Origin: Carcharhinus longimanus
Taxonomy: Eukaryota
Reading direction: 5' to 3'
Assembly: GCA_030264375.1 (NCBI GenBank)
Contig: JASCQW010000098.1
Span: forward strand, 35,711,418-35,775,417
DNA: 64,000 bases
This document shows, in pieces, positions 51,772 through 62,645 of the stretch (positions within the stretch are counted from its first letter, which is position 1; every line of letters starts with the position of its first letter). Below the pieces are notes generated by a model that saw only the letters and a program-made list of their open reading frames with translations, did not search any database and was not told where the DNA came from. The translations under genes and the position numbers were made by a program.

Positions 51772-53315
51772 GGGTGGAATTTTACAAGATTCTTTTTTCT
51801 AAACATCCAGCTGGCATGAGTTTTTCTTCATGGTGAATCTTATGCACTCTGTCTTTGAAAATGTGGGCAAGACCATTTCGAGCCACTAGAGGCAGTGGGC
51901 AGGTTTTAATTTGTAGCCTTTGACAACACCAGCCGGTTGCAGAAGGTCACGGCTGAGGGGCTGTAGAGCAAGGCCCAGTCTCAGAGGGCACTTGCTGCTA
52001 CCATTGACAGGTGGCCCCCAACTCAAATGGCCATTGCAGAGGGCTCGACCACTGTGGCAAAAGTGCAGGTGGTCCTCCAGGACTGGCAAGGCCAGGTGAC
52101 CCCGAAGCTTCTGGAGCTCACTGCAGAAGCGCTGCCATCCCATGGAGTGACCCAGGGGCCCACAGGAACCCCAAGGGAGGAAGGAGGACTCGAGCCCATG
52201 CCGGACCTTCTAGCCAGGAGACTGTGACTGTGGCTACACCTTCTGACTCCCCGCTTCCTAACCAGAGCATCTCAGAAGCAGCAGAATGAAGAGGATGTCA
52301 TGAATATGTTCCTGACATCTGGAAGCTGGCTAGTGTCCTCGAGGTCCAGGCCCTCCAGAGGATGAGCTCCAAGGACATCACAGGCCACGAGATGCAGTAG
52401 ACAGCTGGCCCCCTCCACCTCCAATATACATCCTGGTGAGATACTAAGACATAGTGGTGGGCCACATAAAATTAAGTTACAGTGGCACAAAGATGATATG
52501 GTTGAAGGACAACACAAGTTGGAATATTCAAGTACTTTAAAGCCTCACTTTCACTTGTTATATTAGCACTTATTATGAAGGCACTTTTCTTGGCAACAAT
52601 TAATGTTATTTCACCTCACGTTTGTGACCAATTTGTCTCTGATTAGCCTTTAATGGGGATGTACTTATCCCGACGGTCACTGGAGGGACTCTGCACGTTA
52701 ATGTCAATGGGGAAGGCCCCTCAAAGCACTGAGAAAACTAAGGCACTCTAAATAATTCACTGGCTAAAGTGGGTTGTATGCATTGGTAGTGACTTACAGC
52801 ATGGCACACCTAGAAACCATGAGAGATTCCTTCCCCACCTGCCCCAGGACCCTGCTTCCTTACCCACATCCCAGATGTGGGACCAGATGCCAGCATGCGT
52901 GCGGAGCTCAGGTAGAAATCAGACTAGTTTGTACGAGGACATCACCATAATGACACATAGCAAATTATCATCACTCTCCTGCCTGCCATAGAAGCGCATA
53001 CCCAGGCCCATCACTCTGGTGTTACAATGTTGCAGGAGATTGTCGGACTCCCTGGGGCAGGAGGGATGGAATCCACATGCCCCAGCATAGGCCTCTCATG
53101 ACTAAAGTGCTTGTGATCTGGGCCACACTCGCATGCCTGACTCTTGCTGCTGTCAGCCCCCCAAGTGCCTGGGTGATACTGCTCAACATCATCTTCGTCT
53201 TTCTCCTCCTCCTCCTTCCTCCTCCCCAGCGATGTCCAGCTGGTCAGCTTCCACATCCTCCTCCTTCTCCACTGTCGTCCAGCTAGGTGGGACTGCTCCT
53301 GCATTCTTCAATTCT
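51772..53315. mobile_element. Degenerate Harbinger element: partner ORF remnants on plus, acidic transposase C-terminus on minus (~53090-53310)
   Basis: AAT|GGGTGGAATTTTAC TIR; minus EEEEKDEDDVEQ..AARVRHA tail typical of Harbinger transposase ends. Confidence 0.55.
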
Positions 53316-53319
53316 TAAC

Positions 53320-53510
53320 TAGCTAATTGTAGCAAGGACATCACTTTCAATAGCTTCTCTTCCAGTTCCTGCACTGTTGCCTCAGGTGTCCCCAAGAATC
53401 TATCCTTGATCCCTTCAGTTTCTCATCAACATGCTGTTCGTCTGCAACAGCACCATCATCTAAAAGCACATAGTTAATTTATACACGTATGCTGATGATA
53501 CCCAGCTCCA
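53320..53510 (+). mobile_element. L2 RT fragment
   Basis: GVP.ESILDP, F.INML, YADDTQL. Confidence 0.8.
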
Positions 53511-53750
53511 TGATGTAAAGGCACCAATAATTATACTCTTAAGAATTGGGCATGCATGTTGTTGGTTCATTTACTGAGGCAAGGCACATGTGAAACAGAT
53601 ACCTTTAAGTTTTATATCAAAGTTTATCAGAGTTTCAAAGGTGCGCATGCATGCACACCTATGTTGAGCGCAAAAGCAAAACTAAAACTGGATTGCATGA
53701 CACTTTTTTTCTAGTGATGTCATGCTGCAATATCTTAAAGGCATGCTACA
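53511..53750 (-). mobile_element. Gypsy 3' LTR (240 bp) with polypurine tract
   Basis: Minus strand TGTAGCATG...TACATCA; PPT AAAAGAAGGGTAGA at 53751-53764 directly upstream. Confidence 0.7.
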
Positions 53751-54910
53751 TCTACCCTTCTTTTGAAATATGTCTCCCCTTTCAAAGAAGTATAACTATT
53801 TACAATACACGTCCATGTTCAGTTACCATTACGTATGTGCACAGAACATATTAATCTGAATCTCAAAAGCATACGGTAATCTGCTAGTCTGTGAAGATCC
53901 TGTAATGGTAATGTTGTTCTGAAGATTTATTTAATTGCTTATGGTGACCTGTAGGGTTGTCTCCTTGGATGTGTGTTCCTGGTTACATTTGGGATCTAGC
54001 CCTTGATGCAATAGGACTGCACAGAGGTTGAGGAGTTGGAAGGGATCTGATTTGTCCTCAGTTATGTCTCATTGTTGTGCCTTTGTGTGTAATAACTTCA
54101 TTGGATTTTGGTTCTGAATCAATCCTTGTCACCTTGGCTGGTTGCCATGCACTTTTTGTGGGATCCTGGGTGTGAACTTGCTGTCCCAAATATGAACGCG
54201 GCAATTTTGTTGCTGCATTTTTATCTTGATCTTTGGTCATTTCTCATTCAGCTTTAAATGTTGCCCTCTAGTTTCTGGGAGAGTAGAATAGATAAGGATC
54301 GGGAAATTGGTGTGTACTGGACTGCTAAATATGAGTTCTGCCAGTGATGGAATGGTGGGACTTAAAGGTGTTGATCTCAGATGTAACATTTTAATGTGTA
54401 GATTTTGATTGGTTTGTCTACATTTGAGAATTAGGGATTTTACCATGCAAATCATTAATTCAGTTAGGCCATTCAATCTAGGATAATGAGAAGAATTAAT
54501 GTGATCAATATTCCACTTCTCTCTCATCCTGAAATGGCTTACCAATGAGTTGCTGATCAGTATCCATAATGATCTCTCTAGGCACACCAAATAAACTGAA
54601 AATAACACTGAGACCATGTAACATTTGTGCTTGATGCTTTATATAGTTGTTGGATAAAGGGTATTTGGTAAAGTAGTTGATGATGAAGTCAGTGCAATGG
54701 ACGTGAGTGGGTCAGATGTAATTTTGGACTGAGGATAACTAAGAACTTCATATGGAATCAGTTTTTTGTACTGACTTGGCATATGCTCTTCACATGCCTT
54801 GCACTTCTTGATGAATACTTTTATGTCATTGTTCATACCTGGCCAAGAGATAAGATTTGTCTCTCCCAATGAGCAGACTCTCAAACCTATGAGCCCCTTT
54901 CTGAGTGAAG

Positions 54911-55121
54911 TTTTTTTTTGGTTTTTCATTCCAATTCAATCAAATCAAGTCCAATTCAAAGTCCCAGCAAGTTGAGACATTCCCGATCCAAACTGACAAG
55001 ACAGGGTTCTCACCTCCTGTCTTGGGCTTGATCTACATGATCCAAGCTGATTGGAGTAGGTGTAGCTCCTCCCCCAAGGCTTGATCTCATTTCTATCTTA
55101 GCCAAAAGGTCGAGAAGCGAC
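54911..55121 (-). mobile_element. U2 snRNA-headed short retroposon (SINEU-like) with twin hairpins and A-tail
   Basis: Minus strand: TCGCTTCTCGACCTTTTGGCTAAGAT head, two GATCAAGCC..TCAG(C/T)TTGGATC units, GAATTGG/GATTT tail, AAAAACCAAAAAAAAA. Confidence 0.8.
55095..55120 (-). pseudogene. RNU2: U2 snRNA 5' fragment (nt 2-27, stem-loop I)
   Basis: 25/26 identity to the vertebrate U2 5' end ATCGCTTCTCGGCCTTTTGGCTAAGAT; the rest of U2 is absent. Confidence 0.9.
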
Positions 55122-55214
55122 CCTCGCCTCTGATGTTCTGGTGTAACCATGCGCTAACCATTTGTTCTGTTTCTCGGGTGCACCTGCCAACCTCACCCAG
55201 GTTCCTTGGAAACT

Positions 55215-55830
55215 ACCTTTCAAACTCCCTCCATCACCTCGAAGGATAAAGGTAGTGGAAACGTGGAAGTGCCATCTCCTGCAAATTCCCCTTCAAGCCA
55301 CTCTCACTCTGACTTGAAACAATATTGTCGTCCCTACGCTGTTGCTGTGCCTAAATCCTGGAACTCCCTAACAGCAGTGCGTGGCAGGTACCTCAATCAG
55401 CTAGACTGAATCATAGAGTCTCTGTACTGCAGAAGGAGACCATTCGGCCCATCAAGTCTGCATCAACCACAATCCCATCGAGGCCCCATCCCCAAACCCC
55501 ACATATTTAACTCCTCTAGCTAATGCATCCTGGGACACTAATGGGCAATTTAGCATGGCCAATGCACATAACTGATGCATCTTTGGACTGTGGGAGGAAA
55601 TTGGAGAACCCGGAGAAAACCCGCGCAGTCACGGGGAGAATGTGCAAACTCCACCCAGACAGTGACCCAAGGCTGGGAATCGAACCCAGGTCCCTGGAGT
55701 TGTGATGCTGTAATGCTAACCACTGTGCTGCCCATTGCAGCAATTCGAGAAGGCAGCTCTCCACCACTTTCTCTCGGGCAATTAGGGATGAATATTAAAC
55801 GCTGGCTTTGCCTGTGATGCTCATGAACAT
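55215..55830 (+). mobile_element. L2/CR1-group LINE 3' tail interrupted by an HE1 SINE (55408-55734, minus)
   Basis: AAATCCTGGAACTCCCTAACAGCA..GGGCAATTAGGGATG tail; the inserted SINE has the full head/V/tail. Confidence 0.8.
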
Positions 55831-56307
55831 ATGCAGAGGAGATTTATTGGGATGATACCAGCTGTGGAGGGACTGCCATCTGAGGAAAGATTAAACAGGT
55901 TTGGCCTGTACTCCTTGGAGTTCAGAACAATAAGACGTGTTATGATTGAAACATATAGAGGGTTAGACAGGGTAAATGTTGGGAGGATGTTCCCACTCAT
56001 GGGAGAGTGTGGGACCAGGGCACATAGTCACAGATTAAGAGGATGCTCATTTAAGATAGATTTGAGGAAGCATTTATTCTCTCAAAGAGTGGGGAACTAT
56101 GGCATTCTTTATCCCACGAAGCTGTGGAGACAGAGCCTGCGAATATTTTCAAAGCTGAGATCGATAAGTTTTTAATCAGTCGGGGAATTAGAGATTAGGG
56201 AGAGAAGGCAGGAAAGTGAGTGTTAGGTCAGCCATGATCTTAAATGGTGGAGCAGGCTTGAGGGGCTGAATGGCCTTCTCCAGTTCCTAGTTCAAATGGT
56301 CTTATGA
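55831..56307 (+). mobile_element. CR1 3' end
   Basis: MQRRFIGMIP..EERLNRFGLYSLEFR..TRAHSHRL..FSQRV. Confidence 0.9.
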
Positions 56308-56316
56308 AAGAATAAT

Positions 56317-56441
56317 GGGTGGGATTTTATGACCCCGCTCGACCCAAAACCGGGTAATACTGCCCGTGGTCAACGGACCTAATGATTGACTGCCCCTCGC
56401 CTGCTCTGATTCTCCGGGGCAGATGCGGTAAGATTCTAGCC
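56317..56441 (+). mobile_element. Harbinger-type MITE with AAT TSD
   Basis: AAT|GGGTGGGATTTTAT...GTAAGATTCTAGCC|AAT. Confidence 0.8.
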
Positions 56442-56928
56442 AATAATTTTTAAACTCCCAACAAAGTGATGAGGGGCGGGGGGAATGGGTGGTACCATGA
56501 GTGAAAGAAAAATCCAGGGGAGTTTCAGTCGGGTGTTAATCACAAGCTGGGCATTTGCTTTGACTCTTATTACTGTGTGGCACATCCTCTGTACTATTTT
56601 ATCCAGTAGATGGAGTCCTGACACGGCTACACTGCAATGTGGGTTATGTTACCGGACTACTAATTCAACTTCTTATTATTTGCTGTAACCGTTAGTTCGA
56701 ATGTCACTAGTTTGAGGATTTGTGATTCAATTTTAAAAACATCTGGAGCTGTAAGTGTGGTGGAACTAATGCCCTTGAGGGAAGGGAGCCTGTCAACCAT
56801 ACCTGTTCTGGTCTATTAGTAAGTCTAGTCCCACACCATCATGATTGACTCTTAACTGCCCTCTGCCTAGAGACCGCTGGGTTGTGTCCAAGGTAACGAG
56901 GCCTTGCCAATAACGCCCACATCCTGAC

Positions 56929-57108
56929 ATGCAAGGTAAGTTCATTCAAAAGTCTGACAGCAGCAGGGAAGAAGCTGTTCTTGAGTCGGTTGGTGCGTGA
57001 TCTCAGACTTTTGTATCTTTTTCCTGATGGGAGAAGGTGGAAGAGAGAATGTCCGGGGTGCGTGGGGTCCTTGATTATGCTGGCTGCTTTGCCGAGGCAG
57101 CGGGAAGT
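56929..57108 (-). mobile_element. Young Rex1/Babar fragment
   Basis: RCLGKAASIIKDPTHPGHSLFHLLPSGKRYKSLRSRTNRLKNSFFPAAVRLLN. Confidence 0.9.
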
Positions 57109-57299
57109 NNNNNNNNNNNNNNNNNNNNNNNNNNNNNNNNNNNNNNNNNNNNNNNNNNNNNNNNNNNNNNNNNNNNNNNNNNNNNNNNNNNNNNNNNNNN
57201 NNNNNNNNCGGCACTTCCCCAGAATCCAGCGACGTCTGGAAAATAACCACCAAGGCATCCACTATAACCTCCGCCATTTCTTTCAAAAATCTCATCTTT

Positions 57300-58390
57300 A
57301 TCTGCATATTATCATTTTCTGGTTTGTGAGTCGTCTCATGTAGATGCTTCTGCCAGGGTATGAGATGGTTATTCATATTCTTATTGTTTGAAGTTATCTG
57401 GTGTCTACAGTCTGTTTGCACCAGTGCTTGGCTATTTGTAGCTACATCAACATTTGCTCGAATGCATTGCAGCTGCCAATGGCCCATTCAGCCACATGCT
57501 TTGCAAAATTGCTGGAAAGTTCTTGATGCCATATCTTGGAGTTGTACTTAGTACAATGTAAGCTTTGTTGACTGTGAGTATCACCTCATATTTGCACCCT
57601 TGAGTAGTTCTTTGATCCTATATCATAAAATTCCTACAGTGTAGAAGGAGGCCATTTGGTCCATCAAGTCTGCCCCCACAACAATCCTACCCAGGCCTTA
57701 TCCCCACAACCCCATTATTTACTCCAGCTAGTTCCCCTGACACTAAGGGACAATTTAGCATGGCTACTCAAACTAACCATGACATCTTTGGAGTATGGGA
57801 GGAAACCTGGGCAGTCACCAGGCAAACATGCAAACTCCACACCGACAATCACCCCAGGTTGGAATTGAACCCAGATTCCTGGCACTGTGAGACTGCAGTG
57901 TTAATTACTATGCCACTGTGCTGCCTCTGTTTTGGGATTATTTAGTAAATGGTTCTGGAATTCTCATGTGAATGGATGTGATCAGTAACTCACCAATTCT
58001 GTCTGCTAATTCTACCTTTGAGAAATTACAGTTCATACCTATTTCAATGCATCTGTTGGTGAAATGGTCTATGGATTCTGTAGTCTGTCAAAATGACATG
58101 AAATCTAGTCGATAAATATAAAAGTTTAACCTAATGTTAAATTGGTTTTCTAATGTATTCCATATCCTTTGGGGGTCCTTTGCTACTCTGCTATTAATCC
58201 TGATGTGTTCAACGTATGTCGACCTTCATTCACAATTGCTGGCAATTTTTTTTATGGCTTGCTCATCTGTTTTCAACAGAGCTGAATCAAGAAACCATTG
58301 CTCTGTATGTTGTTTATTGTTGTGAATTTGGACACTAAGTCAGATGCATCCCCATTCAAACTGGGGAGCTTTGTAGATATTTTGACAATA
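57300..58390 (-). pseudogene. Gypsy gag, disrupted (interrupted by an HE1 SINE at 57621-57926)
   Basis: DPQRIWNTLENQFNIRLNFYIYRLDFMSF*QTTESIDHFTNRC..CNFSKVELADRIGELLI; CCHC knuckle CKACG*MGHWQLQC at 57464-57505. Confidence 0.8.
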
Positions 58391-58614
58391 TCCTTTGCAC
58401 CTTTTTTCTCCTATAGTAGCTCAGATGAGTGTTGTAGTGCACTGTTCTGAGGCTCCATCTGCTCATAATTGCAACCTTCTCTGGCCTAATATTTAGGATT
58501 TTTGTTTGAGACTCCCTCGCTTGATATTGATCCAGCCCATACCCTGGTCACTCACCTATCCTGACGAAGCTAACCCAGTGCTGATCCTCTTGACTGTCCC
58601 ATTTACTGAACTGA

Positions 58615-58636
58615 TGCACTACAATCTCACCATGAG
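58615..58636 (-). other. Putative primer-binding site and 5' LTR edge of the Gypsy element
   Basis: Minus strand ..CTCA|TGGTGAGATTG next to an N gap, upstream of gag. Confidence 0.45.
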
Positions 58637-58742
58637 NNNNNNNNNNNNNNNNNNNNNNNNNNNNNNNNNNNNNNNNNNNNNNNNNNNTCAAAGATTTTCT
58701 GGGCGGTTTTTATGCTGTAACTTCAACACACTCCAACGTTGC

Positions 58743-58943
58743 AGATGGGATTTTCCACACAACTCACTGTGTGTTTCGAGGCAACGGAGGCAGCCTGCAA
58801 CTAGCCAGCAGTGGGATTTTTCTGGCCCCACCACTGTCAACAGGGTTTCCTGTTGAATACACCCCTCGCCACTGGGAACCTGCGGTGGGGGTGCTTCTTT
58901 GGCACCAAAAGATGCCGGTGTGAAGGGTCAGAAAGTTCCGGCC
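58743..58943 (+). mobile_element. Harbinger-type MITE (~200 bp variant)
   Basis: GATGGGATTTTCC / GAAAGTTCCGGCC TIRs. Confidence 0.65.
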
Positions 58944-59913
58944 TGATTCTATGTTGTGATTGGACCAAAACATAAGGATTGGATGAGTGGGAACCCAAAG
59001 AAAATCCCTTCCCTTCAATTTCATGCATCCTTTTCCTCATTCAAAAACCTGTCAGTGGAGGAGTATAAATTTCTGGCCAAAGAACTTGATTATATCATTA
59101 TCACTGTTTCTTAGAGGACCATTAACTGAAAGTTGACTAAATTTCTCACAGAACAATATTAGATTGAATAAAGCTTTGCCCCTAGTTTGTACTCTAATGT
59201 ATTTTTTAGTAAACTGGTGTGAAAGCATTTACAAACTTGTTTTCGACCAATGTGAAGACTCTGTGTCTGGAAAACAGAGTTGGAGAAAGATGCTGGAGAT
59301 TCGAGCTGGGGAAAGAGAGTAGAGATTGAGGATGGGATAAGAGTGTTGGAGATTGGTTTTGGGGAGACTGATGTTTTTGAGGGTCCTCGTGGAGAATATT
59401 TGCTCCTCCTTTCCCACAAGCAATGCTGAAAATGTCAACTACCTTTGGGGAATCAGCAGTTCCCATCACGGTTCTATTGCAGGCAATCCCAAGCTTGGGT
59501 CTACTTTTCACTTCCTCAAGAATTTAACTCCAGAAGCCAATGATACCATCGTGCCTCGATTTGGACTTGTCAATTTGGCCCTCATCTACTTCTCACACAA
59601 TCCTTGTCCATAGACTGAAATCTACATTTTAAAATTTACAGGGATGGGTTAAGAACAAAGTTGCTCAACCTTGGTATGTCAACCTTACCCCAATACTGTC
59701 CCATCCATTCAGTATGGATTAACATCAGGAGCGTTGATTCTGGGACAATTCTAAAGTGTTGTGGTAGAAATGTCACCTAGTTTTTGTAATCAAAGCCAAA
59801 TTTCAGGGAGAATTCTCCACCCAAAAAATGCCTTCTGGAGTCCTTCATGACCACCTAAAACAGGAGTTAGACCCTTTCATCTATGTAAGTGAGTTTGTGA
59901 TGCCTGTTTTATC

Positions 59914-60266
59914 AAGGGTTGCCAACCATCTAGGATTGCCCTGCAGTCTTCATAAAAGAAAATCTACAGGACACAGCGGAAAATAAATCTCAGGGACATG
60001 AGAAATATATGTGAATTTTTCACTTTCTTTGAATTTGTTCATTTATTGGTTGTGAAACTATCACAGATGGGAGAAACAGGCTGTTTTTCTGCCTGTCAGG
60101 GATCATTCCATCTGATAATTAGGCACCTGTTACCTTCAGTTTGGCATGGGTAGGCAGAGTGATGCAAAGAGAAGTGTTGGGCACCACTGGCAGAATGAGA
60201 TGGTTGGGGGCAGGAGGCCACACGATGCAACCTCTCTGAATCAGTCTAAGCAGGGTTGACAATCTG
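59914..60266. mobile_element. Old hAT-type MITE
   Basis: AGGGTTGCCAAC left TIR and degenerate GTTGACAATCT right TIR. Confidence 0.5.
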
Positions 60267-61489
60267 GACTGGAATTTTTCAGTCCCGTTGTGATGGGACC
60301 CATCGCAAAAGATCAGTCAAAAGTTCATTGAGTAGACTCAGGCTAACTGGTCAAGGAGCCATTGGTAAAGTAAATTCACAGGGCACCGCCTCCACACTCC
60401 CCCAAAAAAAGCATTGCTTTCAATTGATTTTGGGTTGCCTCAAAAATCATTACTTCATTAGTTTGTGGCACAAACCTGACCAAAATTACACAAAGCTTCT
60501 TTTTCCATCATAATTGAAAAATGGTATCCCAAATTATTTTCATGAAGACAGCATGCCTGTTTTAATTCATCAATGTACAACTGTACAGTGATGGCACAGG
60601 TCCCACAAGAGGGTCTCGTACAAATGACAGTTCCTTTTAAGCATGCAGTACTGGACTGTCAGAGTAGATTATGAATTCAAATCTTTGGATTGGGATTTAT
60701 CCTTGTGCCAGATGTCTGTGGGTTTAAGAGTGTTAACACTGAGCCATGGCTGTCAGTTGCAATGGATTATGATCATAATTAAAGTGCTGATGGCAACTTT
60801 CACTACCGTACACCTACAACATTGGTTGAAACCTCTGAGTATGTTGGAAAGCAGAAGCTCTATTATGTAGTTAACATAATATGAACATTATCAGAACATT
60901 CTCTTGTTGCAATATAATCACTGAATAAACAAAATGTCTCTAAGCTCATAATACATTGAGAACAATCCACCCCTCATGATGATCCAGCACTGCACATACC
61001 TCCAGAGGACTGAGATTTAACACAGTTATTAGCACATGTTGTCCAGCACAGGTTCTGGTTTGTGGTTAATCTCTGACTGAAGTTGTTCACTGAAGCCTCT
61101 GCAAAACCAGGCTATGGGAATAGAAATAATGGGCTAACAGTTGTTAAAGGAAGAAATTAAAATTGTTTTTGCACTTTTGCTGGACCCAAATCATAACTGT
61201 AAATAATTGATTTAGAGACAGTTTTGTTTCTGGATTGGGTTAATATTTGTTGTGTACAGAACTAACCGTTGAATGAGAAATAGAAGTGCACTGTAGAGAA
61301 TGATAAGATTCTTTGCAGGAATGAAGAATATTATTCAATCTTTGCAACACAAAGATCTCTCTTAGAATCATAGAATCCCTACAGCGCAGAAGAAGCCATT
61401 TGGCCTAGTGAGTCTGCACTGACTCTGACAGAACATCCCACAGCACCCTCTTCCCCTGCTTTATGCCACATTAAGTTCTAAGTTCTAGA

Positions 61490-62017
61490 ATCCACATTGA
61501 AGGAGGGATATGATAGCATTGGAAAGGGTGCAAAGGAAATTTACCAGGCTGTTGCCTGCACTAGAGAATTTTAGATATAAATAGAGCTTGGATAGATGGG
61601 GGATATTTTCCTTGAAGCAGAGGAGACTGCGAGGTGGGGATGTGATTGAAATGTATAAAATTATGAGGGGCATAGATAGAGTAGACAGGAAGACATTTCC
61701 TCTTGATGGAAAGGTCAATAATTAGGGGGCATAGATTTAAGGTAAGGGGCAGGAAGTCCTGAGGGGATATGAGGATGAACACTTTCACCTAGAGGGTGAT
61801 GGGAGTCTGGAACTCTCTGCCTGAAAGGATGATGGAGGCAGAGATGGTCACAACATTTAAGAAGTATTTTAAATGTGCACTTGTGATGCCAAGGCATACA
61901 AGGCTAAGGTCCAAATACTAGGAAAAGAGATTGGAATAGTTTGGTGGTTTGTCTTTGACCAGTGCTGACATAATGGGCCAAAGGACCTTCTGCTGTGCTG
62001 TATAACACAATGACTCT
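61490..62017 (+). mobile_element. CR1 3' end
   Basis: RDMIALERVQRKFTRLLP..FSLKQRRLR..GHRFKVRG. Confidence 0.88.
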
Positions 62018-62129
62018 AAATAGAAAATGTAAGTATTCTGGCAGAGTGATATAGAAATGCAGATGACAAATACATGATTATGCATTAGGTGTTATAATGT
62101 GCATTGTGTTAAATCTCTATTAGCTAGTG

Positions 62130-62645
62130 ATTCAGCCTCAAATGGAGTATTGCATTTAGTTCTGGCCACCACATTTCAGGAAGAATGTCAAGGCATGAGA
62201 AAAAAATCATGAATGATTCTGTGAAGAGGAGCTTCAGTGACGTAGATAGACTGTAGAAGCTGAAATTTTTGTTGGAGTAGGGAAATTTGATAAAGATATT
62301 CAAAATCATAAAGTGTCTGAACAGAGAAAATAAGGGGAAACTCTTCCCATTGGTAGGAGAATCGAGAACCAGAGAACACTAATTAATGGTGGTACAAAAA
62401 GAAAAGGAGCAAATGGAGACATGAGGAACAACCTTTTTTAAGCAGTGAGTGGTAAGAACCTGAATGAACTGCCTGAGAGTAAGGTGGAGGCAATTTCAAT
62501 TGTGACTTTCAAAAGAGAATTGTATCATCTGAAGAGGAGAAACATGCAAGATGTGGCATTAGGTGAATTTATTTTGCAGACTACCATCAGGGACACAATG
62601 GGCTGAATGGCCTTCGGTTATGCTGTGACTATTCTGTGATTCTGT
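62130..62645 (+). mobile_element. CR1 3' end (older)
   Basis: QPQMEYCI*FWPPHFRK; GGGCTGAATGGCC..ATTCTGTGATTCT tail. Confidence 0.8.

Larger units (their letters stand above)
54000..55200 (-). pseudogene. Gypsy pol integrase region, disrupted
   Basis: WPGMNNDIKVFIKKCKACEE (zinc finger), WNIDHINSSHYPRLNGL, LRSTPL..SLAELIF, GQQVHTQDP..WQPAKV. Confidence 0.88.

Noticed and set aside
55095-55120. Functional U2 snRNA gene
   Set aside because: Only nt 2-27 are present. There is no branch-point recognition sequence, Sm site, PSE or 3' box, and the flanks are Gypsy pol.
59256-59430. Plus-strand peptide with RVLEIGFG (SAM-methyltransferase motif I-like)
   Set aside because: Bounded by stops, with no start codon or convincing splice sites and no other methyltransferase motifs; likely chance in purine-rich DNA.
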